A DNA stretch of 64,000 nucleotides from NCBI GenBank assembly GCA_965113315.1, contig OZ220379.1, one strand, 5' to 3'. This document shows, one piece after another, positions 23,969-35,004 of this stretch. The DNA comes from Podarcis vaucheri. Lineage: Eukaryota. Both the position numbers and the translations under genes were made by a program. The first letter of the stretch is position 1, and each line of letters opens with the position of its first letter. The notes under the pieces were generated by a model. That model did no database searches, was not told the origin of the DNA, and worked only from the letters and a program-made list of their open reading frames with translations.

Positions 23969-24365
23969 AAATATTTTGGTGTGGTAAGCTGTGATATATC
24001 AATATATTGCCCAAAATCAGTTTGAAGTCCATATCGTGATATTGGTTCCATAATTTTTGACCCGGCAATATATCATGAATCAGTATGTGTGTGTGTGCTC
24101 TATTCAAAAATCACAATGTGAGGGAAGCTTTTAATGTTTGATGGATTACTGTTATTTTAATATTTTGTTGGAAGCCGCCCAGAGTGGCTGAGGAAGCCCA
24201 GCCAGATGGGAGGGGTATAAATAATAAATTATTATTATTATTAATGCCTCTACATAGCTTCATCCTTATTTCAGACATCGTGGTATATCAGTATATCACA
24301 ATGTTTAGTTGCTGATATATCACGATGTTGAAAACCAGAAATTGCCCAGCCCTATAAGCCTATAA

Positions 24366-24710
24366 GGGACGCAGGTGGCGCTATGGGTTAAACCACAGAG
24401 CCTAGGACTTGCCGTTTAGAAGGTCGGTGGTTCAAATCCCCGCGATGGGGTGAGCTCCAGTTGCTCGGTTCCTGCTCCTGCCAACCTAGCAGTTCGAAAG
24501 CACGTCGAAGTGCAAGTAGATAAATAGGTACCGCTCCGGCGGGAAGGTGAACGGCATTTCAGTGCGCTGCTCTGGTTCGCCAGAAGTGGCTTAGTCATGC
24601 TGGCCACATGACCCGGAAGCTGTACTCCCTCGGCCAATAAAGCGAGATGAGCGCCGCAACCCCAGAGTCGGCCATGACTGGACCTAACAGTCAGGGGTCC
24701 CTTTACCTTT
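24366..24710 (+). mobile_element. Sauria SINE, full length (FKTN intron)
   Basis: TSD TATAAGCCTATAAG (24353-24366 / 24710-24723, edges overlap the element). Confidence 0.95.
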
Positions 24711-25038
24711 ATAAGCCTATAAGCCGGTTTGAGCATGGAAAGGCAGCATACAAATAAACAACGCTGTTGATACATGGTTCTGTCCTCCCACCCTTTTTGT
24801 CCTTACAACAATCCTGCAAGGTAGGGTGACTAAGAGTGATAGTGACTGGGACCCTGGGTCACTAGGCAACCTTCATGACTGCAAAGAGATCTGAACCCAA
24901 ATCTCCCCAGTCCAGCATCCACTGCTCCACGGTAGCTCTTCCAACACACAATATTTTCTTCCTGTTAAGAGCCTAGAAATGCACACCCTGGAAAGGAGGG
25001 GTTACAAACAGGGCAAAGTGCCCAAGTCAGGTGTGTCA

Positions 25039-25260
<222 letters not shown>

Positions 25261-25642
25261 CTATGAAGATTTCTTCTAGTTTGCTGGGGACTTGCAGAGG
25301 AGGGGTTGGCAAAGGCTGTAAGGATATGGTGGCGAAGTGGGGTTAGGGAGTGGAGCAAGTTAAGGGTCGCAGTGCCTAGTTCTCTCCCATCATTACATAA
25401 AGAAGACTGGTGACCTTCTTTCCAGGGACATTCCAAAATTTCGGCGAGTACTGGGGTGTTTAAGGCTTAAGCCATTTAACCATACATGTTTCAAGCTGTT
25501 TTGGTTCATATTTCAGTTTTGGAATATGAAAATGTGTCTTTGCATGTTTGTCGGTTTCGCAGTACCTGTTAAGACACCCCTGAGTAACTGAATGCATTCA
25601 GTTCTCAATCTTAGCGACCAAACGTGACCACAAGCTTCTTAC

Positions 25643-25772
25643 CCAGGCAAGTTCCACTGCTCAGCCAGAATCTGACTCCTAAACTGTTTAATGTCAGAGA
25701 AGCAAGATGCATCAAGGCCTTGGCTTTCTTTCTGAATTCAACAGCATCCAGAGATACATCATCAGGGTACAG
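25643..25772 (-). CDS. FKTN: Fukutin coding exon 6
   Basis: 130 nt, [43 protein letters not shown](G); not in the ORF track, read by hand. Confidence 0.96.
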
Positions 25773-26563
25773 CTAAAAAATAAAAGGGAAATTGTAAACG
25801 ACTCTTGCATTATTTTCATACAGTCAACTGTTTACAGCTCCCACCAAACTACTTTTTTCCTGCTGTTTCAGTATTTTAACTTTTGTTATGTTTTAAAGTA
25901 GGGTTGTAATTTTCCTTGATTTTTCTTGTTTTATCTTTTTGTGTATCGCTTTGAAGTCTTTTACAATCAAGTGGTATATACATTTTATGAAATAAATCAA
26001 TCAATATTTAATGAACTTCAAGATATATTCAAACACAGGTAAATAACCATTTTTAATACAGATTTTTTTCTATGCCAGTATCTACTGCCGTGGCACAGAA
26101 GATACTATTATTTTCCTGCTTTCCTGTATAAGATAGATTCACCTTTGTTTCCATGCACAGGATTTTCATTCTTTGGCGCCACCAAGTGTTAAAGGATTAT
26201 AGCAAAATTATTTATCCGTATTGTTCTGTGGCTGGCTTCGGGACTATAACATTAAACTACCAGTGGGCTGGATGGGTAAAAGGGTTCATAGGTTTCAAGC
26301 TATTTCCATTAACATTTAAATCTGAAACAGGACTCTGGGGTCAGGAAGCAAAGAACCATGCAGATACTTCTATGTACCAAGGGGAGCTTTGACTTGTGAT
26401 TCATGAACAGCACTCTTCCACACTTTACAGCAAACAATGTTTCCAACTGTAGTTCATTGGACCTTGGAATACATATAAGTAAACAATTATTTAAACATGA
26501 GCCACGTAAGAGATCAGAAGCTAGCTTCACCACCATTGCTTATCTCTGGAGGTAAAAAAAAAG

Positions 26564-26940
26564 AAGGTAAAGGAGTCCTGGTTGGTTAAGTCCAGTCAAA
26601 GGTGACTATGGGGTTGCAGCACTCATCTCCGCTTTTAGGCCGAGGGAGCCAGCATTTGTTCATAGACAGCTTTCCAGGTCATGTGGCCAGCAAGACTAAA
26701 CTGCTTCTGGTGCAGTGGAGCACTGTAACGGAAACCAGAGCGCACGGAAGTGCCGTTTACCTTCCCGTCGCAGCAGTACCTATTTATCTACTTGCACTGG
26801 CGTGCTTTCAAACTGCTAGGTTGGCAAGACATGGGACAGAACAACAGGAGCTCACCCCATCGTGGGGATTCGAACTGCTGACCTTCTGATCAGCAAGCCC
26901 AAGAGGCTCCGTGGTTTAGACCACAGTGCCACTCATGTCT
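26564..26940 (-). mobile_element. Sauria SINE, older subfamily (FKTN intron)
   Basis: Reverse complement of the same core (GTACCTATTTATCTACTTGCAC) and AAGGTAAAGG tail. Confidence 0.9.
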
Positions 26941-27229
26941 TACATCTGTAGGATCCGTATAGCATATATAAATCAGCAAGGCAGGAGGAGTTAAATCAGG
27001 ATTGCACAAATCACAATCCAGCCATGCACCGAAACAGCTCACTGTCTGCTTGACTACAACTCTCTCCTCTTATTTTCACAATCAGAGGCAAGCCGTTTAG
27101 TAGGCCACTGCAGGTTGTTCATAGGCAGCATTGGGCTTGGTGGGTCATAGGGTGTGCAAGTCTGCAGCAAGATATTTTCATATGATTCTATAGTCTGGGA
27201 ACAAAGGCATCCATCCACACAGTCTAGAT

Positions 27230-27408
27230 CAGTGTTTCCGAAACTTGGGTCCTCCATCTGTGTTTTTGGTTGTTGTTTTTTTTGGGGGGGGGACTACAAC
27301 TCCCATCATCCCTAACTAGCAGGAGCAATGATCAGGGATGACTGGAACTGTAGTCCAACCCCCCTCCCAAAAAAAAACCAGCCAGGCAGCCAAGTTTGGG
27401 AAACCCTG
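27230..27408. mobile_element. Palindromic hAT-type MITE
   Basis: TSD GTCTAGAT/ATCTAGAT; GGACTACAACTCCCATC core. Confidence 0.85.
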
Positions 27409-27556
27409 ATCTAGATATACTAGCATTCCCATTTAAGCATGTTAACTCTGACGACAACAACAACCATTTTAACCCTGGGGTGGTGGGGGAAACCAGGCAA
27501 GCAACACTGGAAAATATTTCACATTTTGGGTGAAATGCTACTTGATAGCCACTAAC

Positions 27557-27689
27557 CTGGAAGAAAGATCGAGCTTCTCTGTACCTACATTCAATAAACC
27601 TGGAGTGGGACCTTTCCTCTAGGAACTGAGATGGCTCTTTTGGAATCTGGACTGTCAACCCATCAATGGAAACACTTATTAGTTCTAGC
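27557..27689 (-). CDS. FKTN: Fukutin coding exon 5
   Basis: 133 nt, [44 protein letters not shown]; donor GTTAGT. Confidence 0.96.
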
Positions 27690-28000
27690 CTGTTACAAAG
27701 GAGGAAAGAGTCACATTAACCTGGCCAGAAAACAAGAGCAACTTTCATGTCCGGAAGGTGAAACAAAATGAAACACAGGAGCAGCTGCAGTCGCTTCATA
27801 TGCAAAGGCTGCAAATTATCTATTCTCACCCAACTACTCCAAAATAACTCATTCCATTTGGACCAAACGAGGTGTTCTGAAGCTGTTCAGCCCATCTGCA
27901 CCAACAACAAACAAATGCCTACGATGGGAAGGCGGAATGGAAAAAGTAAAACAGCACCAGGTGAATCCCTTTAGCCAAATGGATCAGGGACTCTGCCATA

Positions 28001-28175
28001 CAGTGGACCCTTGGGTTACGTAAGTTTCGGATTGCGAACACAGCAAACTCGGAAGAGCGCAGAAGCGTTCTATCGCGCCGCACACGTGCACAGAAGCAGT
28101 GTCTCTAGATGCGGACTTTTCAGGGTACATAAGGAGCCCAGGAATGAATTAAGTTTGTATCCAGAGGGTCTGCTG
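28001..28175. mobile_element. Tigger-like MITE
   Basis: TA|CAGTGGACCCTTGG...CCAGAGGGTCTGCTG|TA. Confidence 0.8.
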
Positions 28176-28691
28176 TACTAGAAACAACCCATCGGATACA
28201 AGGGCAGAGGTACATTACTTGCCTAATGAAAGATTTATCCGAGTGCCTTTTCCCCTTGGGGGACCATATACTTATTTTCAGCTACTTGCATTTAAGGATG
28301 TGTTGCAACATGATGAGCAACAAGCTGTTTATTTCCCAGCTATTTCTTCTGTTTGGCCCCATTTTGAAGCCTCACAGCCCAGTGGCAACCACATCCTGGT
28401 GGTAAAGGATTTCCGAAGTTTAAAATGCATTTATTTGTCCTGTCCTGATTTTATAGCCAAACATCATCACTGCACGATTCCCTGTTCTAGTGTCATGCAT
28501 CAGGGTGGGAGAAGAATATTGTCGGATCATGAATGTAAAACTTTTCTCCATTGCTGTTATCTCATTGACTTCAGAAACCCTTTTCATTTGTTGTTCAGCA
28601 AGGATACAAGGCAAGCCGGACAGCTGTGTGCTTTGCATGAAAAACTCATGCATCAAATAGAAACAGAATACACTGCCTTGCCATTTCTTAC

Positions 28692-28969
28692 TTGTCGTAG
28701 GCTCCCGGGTAGCGGCCAAACGGCAACTTCCGAAAAGGTACAAACTTCCGGTCCATGTGTCGCTTCAGCCGCAGCTGTCCATGCCAGAGGTAGTTCCCGC
28801 TCCTCTCATAAAAGACCACCAGATGGATGGCATGCGCTGCCAGTCTGAAAATGTAGTGTAAGGGAATCTCCATCCCAGAGAGGTCGTCCATCCCTTCTAG
28901 ACGTGGGTCTTTGCTCTGCAGCTTTAGCCACTGGAAACCCATTCTCTCAGCAGCTCGAAACAGGCCCAC
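28692..28969 (-). CDS. FKTN: Fukutin coding exon 4
   Basis: 278 nt, [24 protein letters not shown]...[10 protein letters not shown]...GRYPGAYD(K). Confidence 0.97.
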
Positions 28970-29603
28970 CTGAAATTGACACGCTGCATTTTGGCTCAGT
29001 ACATTAAACACACACACACAGTCCTGCTTTGCAAAGCACTTGCTCTTCTGTTTCAAAATGAAACAGAACCCCCTCTTTGTGGGAATGCAATTATTCTTAC
29101 AATCTCCTTTTTAGTTAGTTCATAGCTTCTCTGAGTTATTCAAGCCCCTTCGCCACTGCAAGGCAGTGATCCATGAAGGAGAGTTCTAATAAATACACTT
29201 AACCAACTTATTTGGCTTCACACAGTTCTCTGAATACCACTTGGCATTTATTTTCATACCCTTCTTTAAGTGTAAGAAGCGTATTAAAACCTCTTTTGTG
29301 CTTTTCTGCAGTTTTCCTCCTGAGTAACAATACATTCTGTTAAGATATGAAGGCCAAAACAAACAAAAAAACCTTCAAATACGAACCACAGAGAGACACA
29401 CTCCAAGAGATCTGTTGCTGTTGTGAGGTACCTTCTAAGCAACATTTGCCTTGTGGTCAAGTCACTCACCCTGTGACTCCCCCTTTCTCAAAAATTCCTG
29501 AGAAATGCACCATAAATGTTTTGATATTTTGTCTCTATGCTTACTTGATCTAAAAGTTGCAAAGTTTAGCATAGATAGGTAAATAAAGATGAGACAAATT
29601 TAC

Positions 29604-29807
29604 CTCAAGTTTCCAGGCTTTGTCCAGGACGGCAAAGGTGGTAAAGTCCCGTCGAGCACAGAGGTATCTGCATTCTGAGTGGCTGCTATCAGGAGAGGTC
29701 CTGAGCTGCTTCAAGTCTGTGTCAATTAGTCCCAGAAGCAATGGATCAATCAGATGCACAGGTATGTTGTGACTGGACATCAAACTAATGAATTTCTTAA
29801 CAACGTG
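29604..29807 (-). CDS. FKTN: Fukutin coding exon 3
   Basis: 204 nt, HVVKKFISLMSSHNIPVHLIDPLLL...RRDFTTFAVLDKAWKLE; AG/GT boundaries. Confidence 0.96.
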
Positions 29808-29937
29808 CTGTGTAAAGAGACAGGAAAGGGAAAAAACATCTTTAAAAAGCTTTTGAAGACCCCTAAGTCAATAAAGTAACAATAACGGGTATCATACTGA
29901 TCAAAGCAGCAAAAGAGATCTTATACATCTTATACTC

Positions 29938-30470
29938 AGGGCTGCCTCTGAAGACGGTTCAGAAACTTCAGCTAGTGGAGAATTCAGCGGCCACGCTGCT
30001 CACTGAAGCAAGATGGTTTGGGCATATTACACTGATCCTGGTCTGACTGCACTGGCTACCAATTAGTTTCTGTGCCCAATTCAAAGTGCTGGTTTTGACC
30101 TATAAAACCTTAAATGGCTCAGGACTGCAATACCTCTTTCATGTGCCTCCTCCTCGAGAGGTCCAGAGGGTGGCAACATGAGAACAGGCCTTCTCTGCAG
30201 TGGCTGTGGAATGCTCTCCCCAGGGAAGTTTGCCTGGTGCCTTCATTATACACCTTTAGGCGGCAAGCAAAAACATTCCATTTTAACCAGGCCTTTAGCT
30301 GACCTAATCAACACCCTATACCCTTTAAAATGTGGCTCTTTTAGGGGGGCGTTATTGGGTTATTGTTCTTATTTTTATTTCATATATTGTGACCTTTTTA
30401 GTGACCTGCCCTGAGACCACCGGGTGTGGGGCGGTAAATAAATTCAATAAATAATAATAAAATAATAAAA
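29938..30470 (+). mobile_element. L2-clade LINE fragment, second subfamily
   Basis: LPLKTVQKLQLVENSAA...LHWLP...AQFKVLVLTYKTLNG; (AAT)n tail; related piece at about 50680-50850. Confidence 0.85.
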
Positions 30471-30495
30471 ATACTTTCAGTGCAAAAGTACTTAC

Positions 30496-30555
30496 CCACC
30501 GACTACCGTCTTGCCCTGCTTTGTTCCCTTTAACCTTGGGGAAAACAGCTCCATT
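30496..30555 (-). CDS. FKTN: Fukutin coding exon 2
   Basis: 60 nt, TTAG|...|GTAAGT, NGAVFPKVKGNKAGQDGSRW; phase 0/0. Confidence 0.92.
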
Positions 30556-31036
30556 CTAACAAAACCAAACAACAGAGAAGAGGCTTTGCAAGTCAAGTCC
30601 TAGTGCTACCACCAAGACAAATGAGAAGTGAAGCTTTGGTGATATTTTTCAAAAATATTGCATTTTTTAATATATATTTGAACTAATCTATTTTCAGCTC
30701 AAAGAGTACACACTTCCTCTGTTGACTAACCTTCTGACATACTACACTGGAATCAAACTATAAAGATAGCAATGGAGCTAGAAAGCTCCACTCCACTTGA
30801 CCAGAAAATGGCCAGACCGTAACTTGGAACATATGAAATCTGACTTTAACCATGTTTAAGCCATATTGATTTCATTGGAATTTACTACCAAGCAAGAATG
30901 TTCAATACCAAGCAAGTTTCAATCTCGCGTCTCCCATCTTATTTTAACAAATCACTATAAACACTTGTTTGGATTCGTTCTGCTGAATGTAGCTGTGTGG
31001 TGTTGTTGTTTTTAAGTGAGCTGCCAGAGTTCTTAC

Positions 31037-31141
31037 CCTTGGTGATAAATAGTATTTATAATAGTACAGCTGGAACAGGAGAAAGACTGAGCTTGTCAAA
31101 GTAAGAAGGCCCAAAACCACGTTCTTGTTAATTCTCTGCAT
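31037..31141 (-). CDS. FKTN: Fukutin coding exon 1 (start codon; cytoplasmic tail and signal-anchor TM)
   Basis: Encodes [35 protein letters not shown] (105 nt), then donor GTAAGA. The exon extends 5' as UTR to an acceptor (CCCCTCCCTTTTCCCCCAG), first exon base 31240. Confidence 0.97.
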
Positions 31142-31197
31142 TAGTCTTCAGGGCTCTCTTGACTATCAGTTGAAAGCAGGAGCTTTGTTCTTCTCAT
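31141..31197 (-). promoter_or_regulatory. uORF in FKTN 5'UTR ([18 protein letters not shown]), stop overlapping the main ATG (TAATG)
   Basis: ATG AGA AGA ACA AAG CTC CTG CTT TCA ACT GAT AGT CAA GAG AGC CCT GAA GAC TAA, within the exon starting at 31240; the last A of TAA is the A of the FKTN ATG. Confidence 0.75.
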
Positions 31198-31968
31198 CTT
31201 TTCAAGTAGCCTACCAAGTTCTCTCCAGTGGAAAATAAAGCTGGGGGAAAAGGGAGGGGGGAACTTGAATTCAATGAAGTGTTTGTAACAGTTTTATATA
31301 AGCGAAAATCATTGTTTTGTGCAAAGCACATTAATGCTTGTTCAAATTACTTTTAAGTCTCTTAACAATGAGAAACAGCAAAGTGCTTGTGTGAATCCCT
31401 GTTGGTTAGTAGCATAACACAGCTAGGTTCTCAGATTCACCCCCCCCCTTTCTCCCAAAAGTGTTTGAAAAAGGAGGAGCTAACCTTTTTCAGGTGCTTG
31501 AAGACAGCATCCCTCCAGGGAACTGCACTAATCAGGGAGTTATATTCCCCTCTTGACTCATTCAGTGATCAATCTGATGACAGGGACAGAGAATTTGCAT
31601 CCTTATCAGGGTGATGGGAAGAGCAGAGAGGGATAAACCTCTCCACCAAATCCCAGTGCCATGTCTACTTTTAATCACTCCCTTTTAAATTATTACTGTC
31701 TCTGCTAAAAATCAATGGGGTTTTGCTGGCGTTAGGGTCACACTGAGTAATTCCTACCTGCAACACACTATCAAAAGTACAAAGCAATCATAAACTAAGT
31801 TTGTTCTTTCGGGGCTTGTCATGGGCTCCCACATCCGGTGCTTAAAGCACATTCAATGCACATCTATCCCCATGCCTCCAAAGAATCCTAGGAACTGTTG
31901 CTTAAAGGCGCTGGAAACTGTAGCTTTCCCCTCAGAGCTACAGTTCCCAGCAGCTTCTCACATACACA

Positions 31969-32385
31969 CGCCCTCCCATCAGATGTCAAGGAGATAAAGA
32001 AGTACACAACTTTTAGAAGACATTTGAAGGAAAGCCCTGTATCAGGAAGTTTTTAATGTTTGACGTTTTACTATGTTTTTATATGTGCGGCGCTGCCCAG
32101 AGCGGCTGGGGAAACCCAACCAGATGGGCGGGGTATGAATTATAAAATTATTATTTTATTTTATTACATTTGAATACCGCCCTTCATCTGCAGATGCCAC
32201 AACTTAAGAATACGAGATAAAAAAAACAACCAAGAGGATAAACAGCTGCACAACTTTAAGAAGACATCTGAAGGCAAAGTTTTTAATGTTTTATCATGTT
32301 TTTAATATTCTGTTGGAAGCCGCCTAGAATGGCTGCAGAAACCCAGTCAGATGGGCGGGGTATAAATAATAATTTATTGTTATTA
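31969..32385 (+). mobile_element. Two adjacent L2-clade 3' tails in FKTN intron 1
   Basis: 31969-32165 and 32252-32385 match the same tail family. Confidence 0.8.
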
Positions 32386-32569
32386 CTAATAAGCCAAATG
32401 GCTCCTTGAACCAGGGTTACAGTGGCCAAAACACAATGCCTAGTTGCCATTTTGGAGCCGGATATTTCCAATACAACTTTTTGGGGTTTCCAATTGCGCG
32501 GATAAAAATATTGTGGGTAGAATTCGACAGGATGTGTTGTTAGTGTGTGGAAACTGGCAAGATCCAAGG

Positions 32570-33360
32570 ATCCCAAGGCAGGCAGGCGCCTCCAAGGCGG
32601 CAAAATGCGCCTGGCGAATTTCGAACGCTGCCCGGGGGGGGGGCGGGGCGGGGTTGGGCTAGAGATGACCCTCGCAAACCTCCCCGTTTAACTTTGTTTA
32701 GCAGCTGCCTTATTTAATCTTGTCCTCGTCCCCCAACCTTGTCCCTGGGGCAGCGTTAAAAGAGGAGCCTAAGGCGAACCCAGCAAGAAAGCCGCCCCAC
32801 TAAAAAAACAACAACACGCCTCACAGGAACTGCCTTCCTCCGCGTCCCTCTTACCTGACGGCGCGCCAGGCAGGTAGGAGCCGAGCGACGGGCTTCTGCC
32901 GTAAAGCGAAGCCCGCCCTTTACGGCACCGGCCGCCTAAGGGAGGCGCGAGGAGAACATAGAGTTAAGACGGGGGGGGAGGGAAGGCGCGCAGGTTGCCT
33001 TTTCCCCGCCCTTGAAACCTCATTTCCGGTTCCCGTTCGAAGGGCCTCTCTGTTTGCAAGGAGGGACGGAAAGCGGGGGTGGGGTTGTGCCCCGCACTGT
33101 TCGGTGGGGAGCCGGAGGTGTTGCGTCGCTTCACTTGAGGCTCCGACCCCCTTTGGGGGGGGCGGAATTAAAGCCGGCGCCCGGTGTGCGCGTGCGTGGA
33201 AGATGCTGCGTCCTCAGCTGTTCCCAACAAGCCGCAGCTCCCAACGTGTCTGAGGCTGCTGGGAGCAGAAGGGGAGGGAAGGTCCCTTCGGTTTGACTTC
33301 CCCTCCTGGAGGTGCACTGCGTTGCCTCTCGACGTAGAAGGAGGCAGACATCGGGCCGAC
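32570..33360 (-). promoter_or_regulatory. FKTN: CpG-island promoter and probable non-coding first exon of FKTN (donor CAG|GTAAGA, last exon base 32855)
   Basis: The clearest CpG-dense non-TE stretch in the window. GC boxes, ETS-like CCGGAA near 33025, NRF1-like TGCGCGTGCG near 33187, and a strong minus-strand donor. TSS not locatable. Confidence 0.8.
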
Positions 33361-33424
33361 CTTTTGGTTACTTTTCATAGGTGTTCGACAAATGGATACA
33401 CTAAAAATAAATTGCTAATGTAGT

Positions 33425-33426
<2 letters not shown>

Positions 33427-33471
<45 letters not shown>
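33427..33471. repeat. (TAA)n microsatellite upstream of the FKTN CpG island
   Basis: Seen directly. Confidence 0.95.
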
Positions 33472-33472
<1 letters not shown>

Positions 33473-34998
33473 GTAAAGTTAAGAGGGGGGGACACCCATC
33501 CTGCAAACTTGCACTCAGGAGGCATGTGTGTTATTTTTGCACGTGCTGTGCGGTGTCCTGCAGCTCCTTTAACACGGTGGAAGGCACCAGTTTGAAAATG
33601 GGGAGACACAAACTGAGGCAGCTACACCTCAGTTCATTCATTCATTCATTCTGGCCCTAGAATGTTATGAGTTGGTCCCGTTGGAAGGGACCCGGAAGTT
33701 CTATTCCAACCCCCCCGCAATGCAGGAATCGACTAAAAAGCATCCCTGGCAGGTGGCCATCCAACCTCTGCTTAAAAAAACCACCAAAACAACCTTCAAG
33801 GTTTTTTTCACCACCTTCTGAGTCATTATTTTGTCATTTCATACGATTTTTATACCGCTTGACTTAAAAACAAACTCACCTCAAAGTGGTTTACTAAAAG
33901 ATGAAAAAACATGGGGGGGGGAGGAGACACCACCACAGCCCTACTTTAAAAGCATTGCAAGAGATAAAATACTGAAACAGATTAAAATTACTTAAAAGTT
34001 TCTAAGGTAGGCTTATCTGGACAAAAAATTTCCAGAGGCATCAAAAGGAGCACAGCAAAGGGGCCTGCTTTATTTCAATAGGCAGAGTTTAAATTTATCA
34101 GGTGAGGTTGCAGCACAAGGACTGGAAATGCTATTCGTAACAACTATTTGCAAAAACAAAACCCACACCACCATCCTAGCAGCTGTTCTAAATTCAGGTC
34201 AAGCAGGACAGCTTCATCCTAGGCTAAAAAATGGAAGTGTCTAATCTACACTTCATTATTGACAAGCTGTGCCATAAGTGTGGTAAAACAAAACAACAAC
34301 AACCCGCTTGGAACTAAATTGATTTTTCTCATCTGAGAGCTACTGGAAGGCTGATCCAGCACTACCACCATACAAATATATGGTTCCCCAATTCATATCT
34401 TTAAAACAGTTAAGCCCTATGTCTGAAAAGATTGAATATGAACACAGCAGCCTCATTGGCAATTACTATTAGCCCAACAATGTTTCGGTTGTTTCCCCTT
34501 CACTGTTACCTATGTTACTACCAATAGCAGTATATATATTAAGTACCAGATCAATAACTCACATACATTAAAGACAGCAAGTGTCACTCTATTTTCAGAT
34601 AGTTGCCCTCTCTAGTGAAAGAATTAAAAGGTGAAGGAATAATTTGACTAAATATTACTAGCCTCCCTGTTATCTAAGTTTGCTTTATACGTCTGCTAAA
34701 ACCGCCCAAGAGTTACAGCATTTATATTGTTTTTCAGGCAGACCTCCCAAAGCAGTTTACATAAACATATTTTATTGTAACTTCTAATACATACAGATAT
34801 AAATATATGAGAACGACTTGTTTGTTTAGGAAAAGCTGTTACTGCTGCTTCTCCCCTCCCAAGGCAAGAACCTCCAGAGGCCCTTGTTTCCCCAGCAATG
34901 TTCAGGCAAAGATCTTCCATACCCAAAGAAAGCCACTTCTCTATAGCATACTATCCTCAGAAAAAGCACGACAAAAGATGTATACGAGTTTTCAAAAG

Positions 34999-35004
34999 TT
35001 TATT
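34999..35004 (-). terminator. Candidate distal FSD1L poly(A) signal
   Basis: Minus strand TGTATT-AATAAA, CA about 20 nt downstream, then TCTTTTGTCGTGCTTTTT (GU/U-rich). Other AATAAA at 37207, 36805, 35873 and 34771. Confidence 0.5.

Noticed and set aside
28219-28848. 209-aa plus-strand ORF antisense to FKTN exon 4
   Set aside because: Non-ATG start, no recognisable domain, partly the shadow of the FKTN exon.
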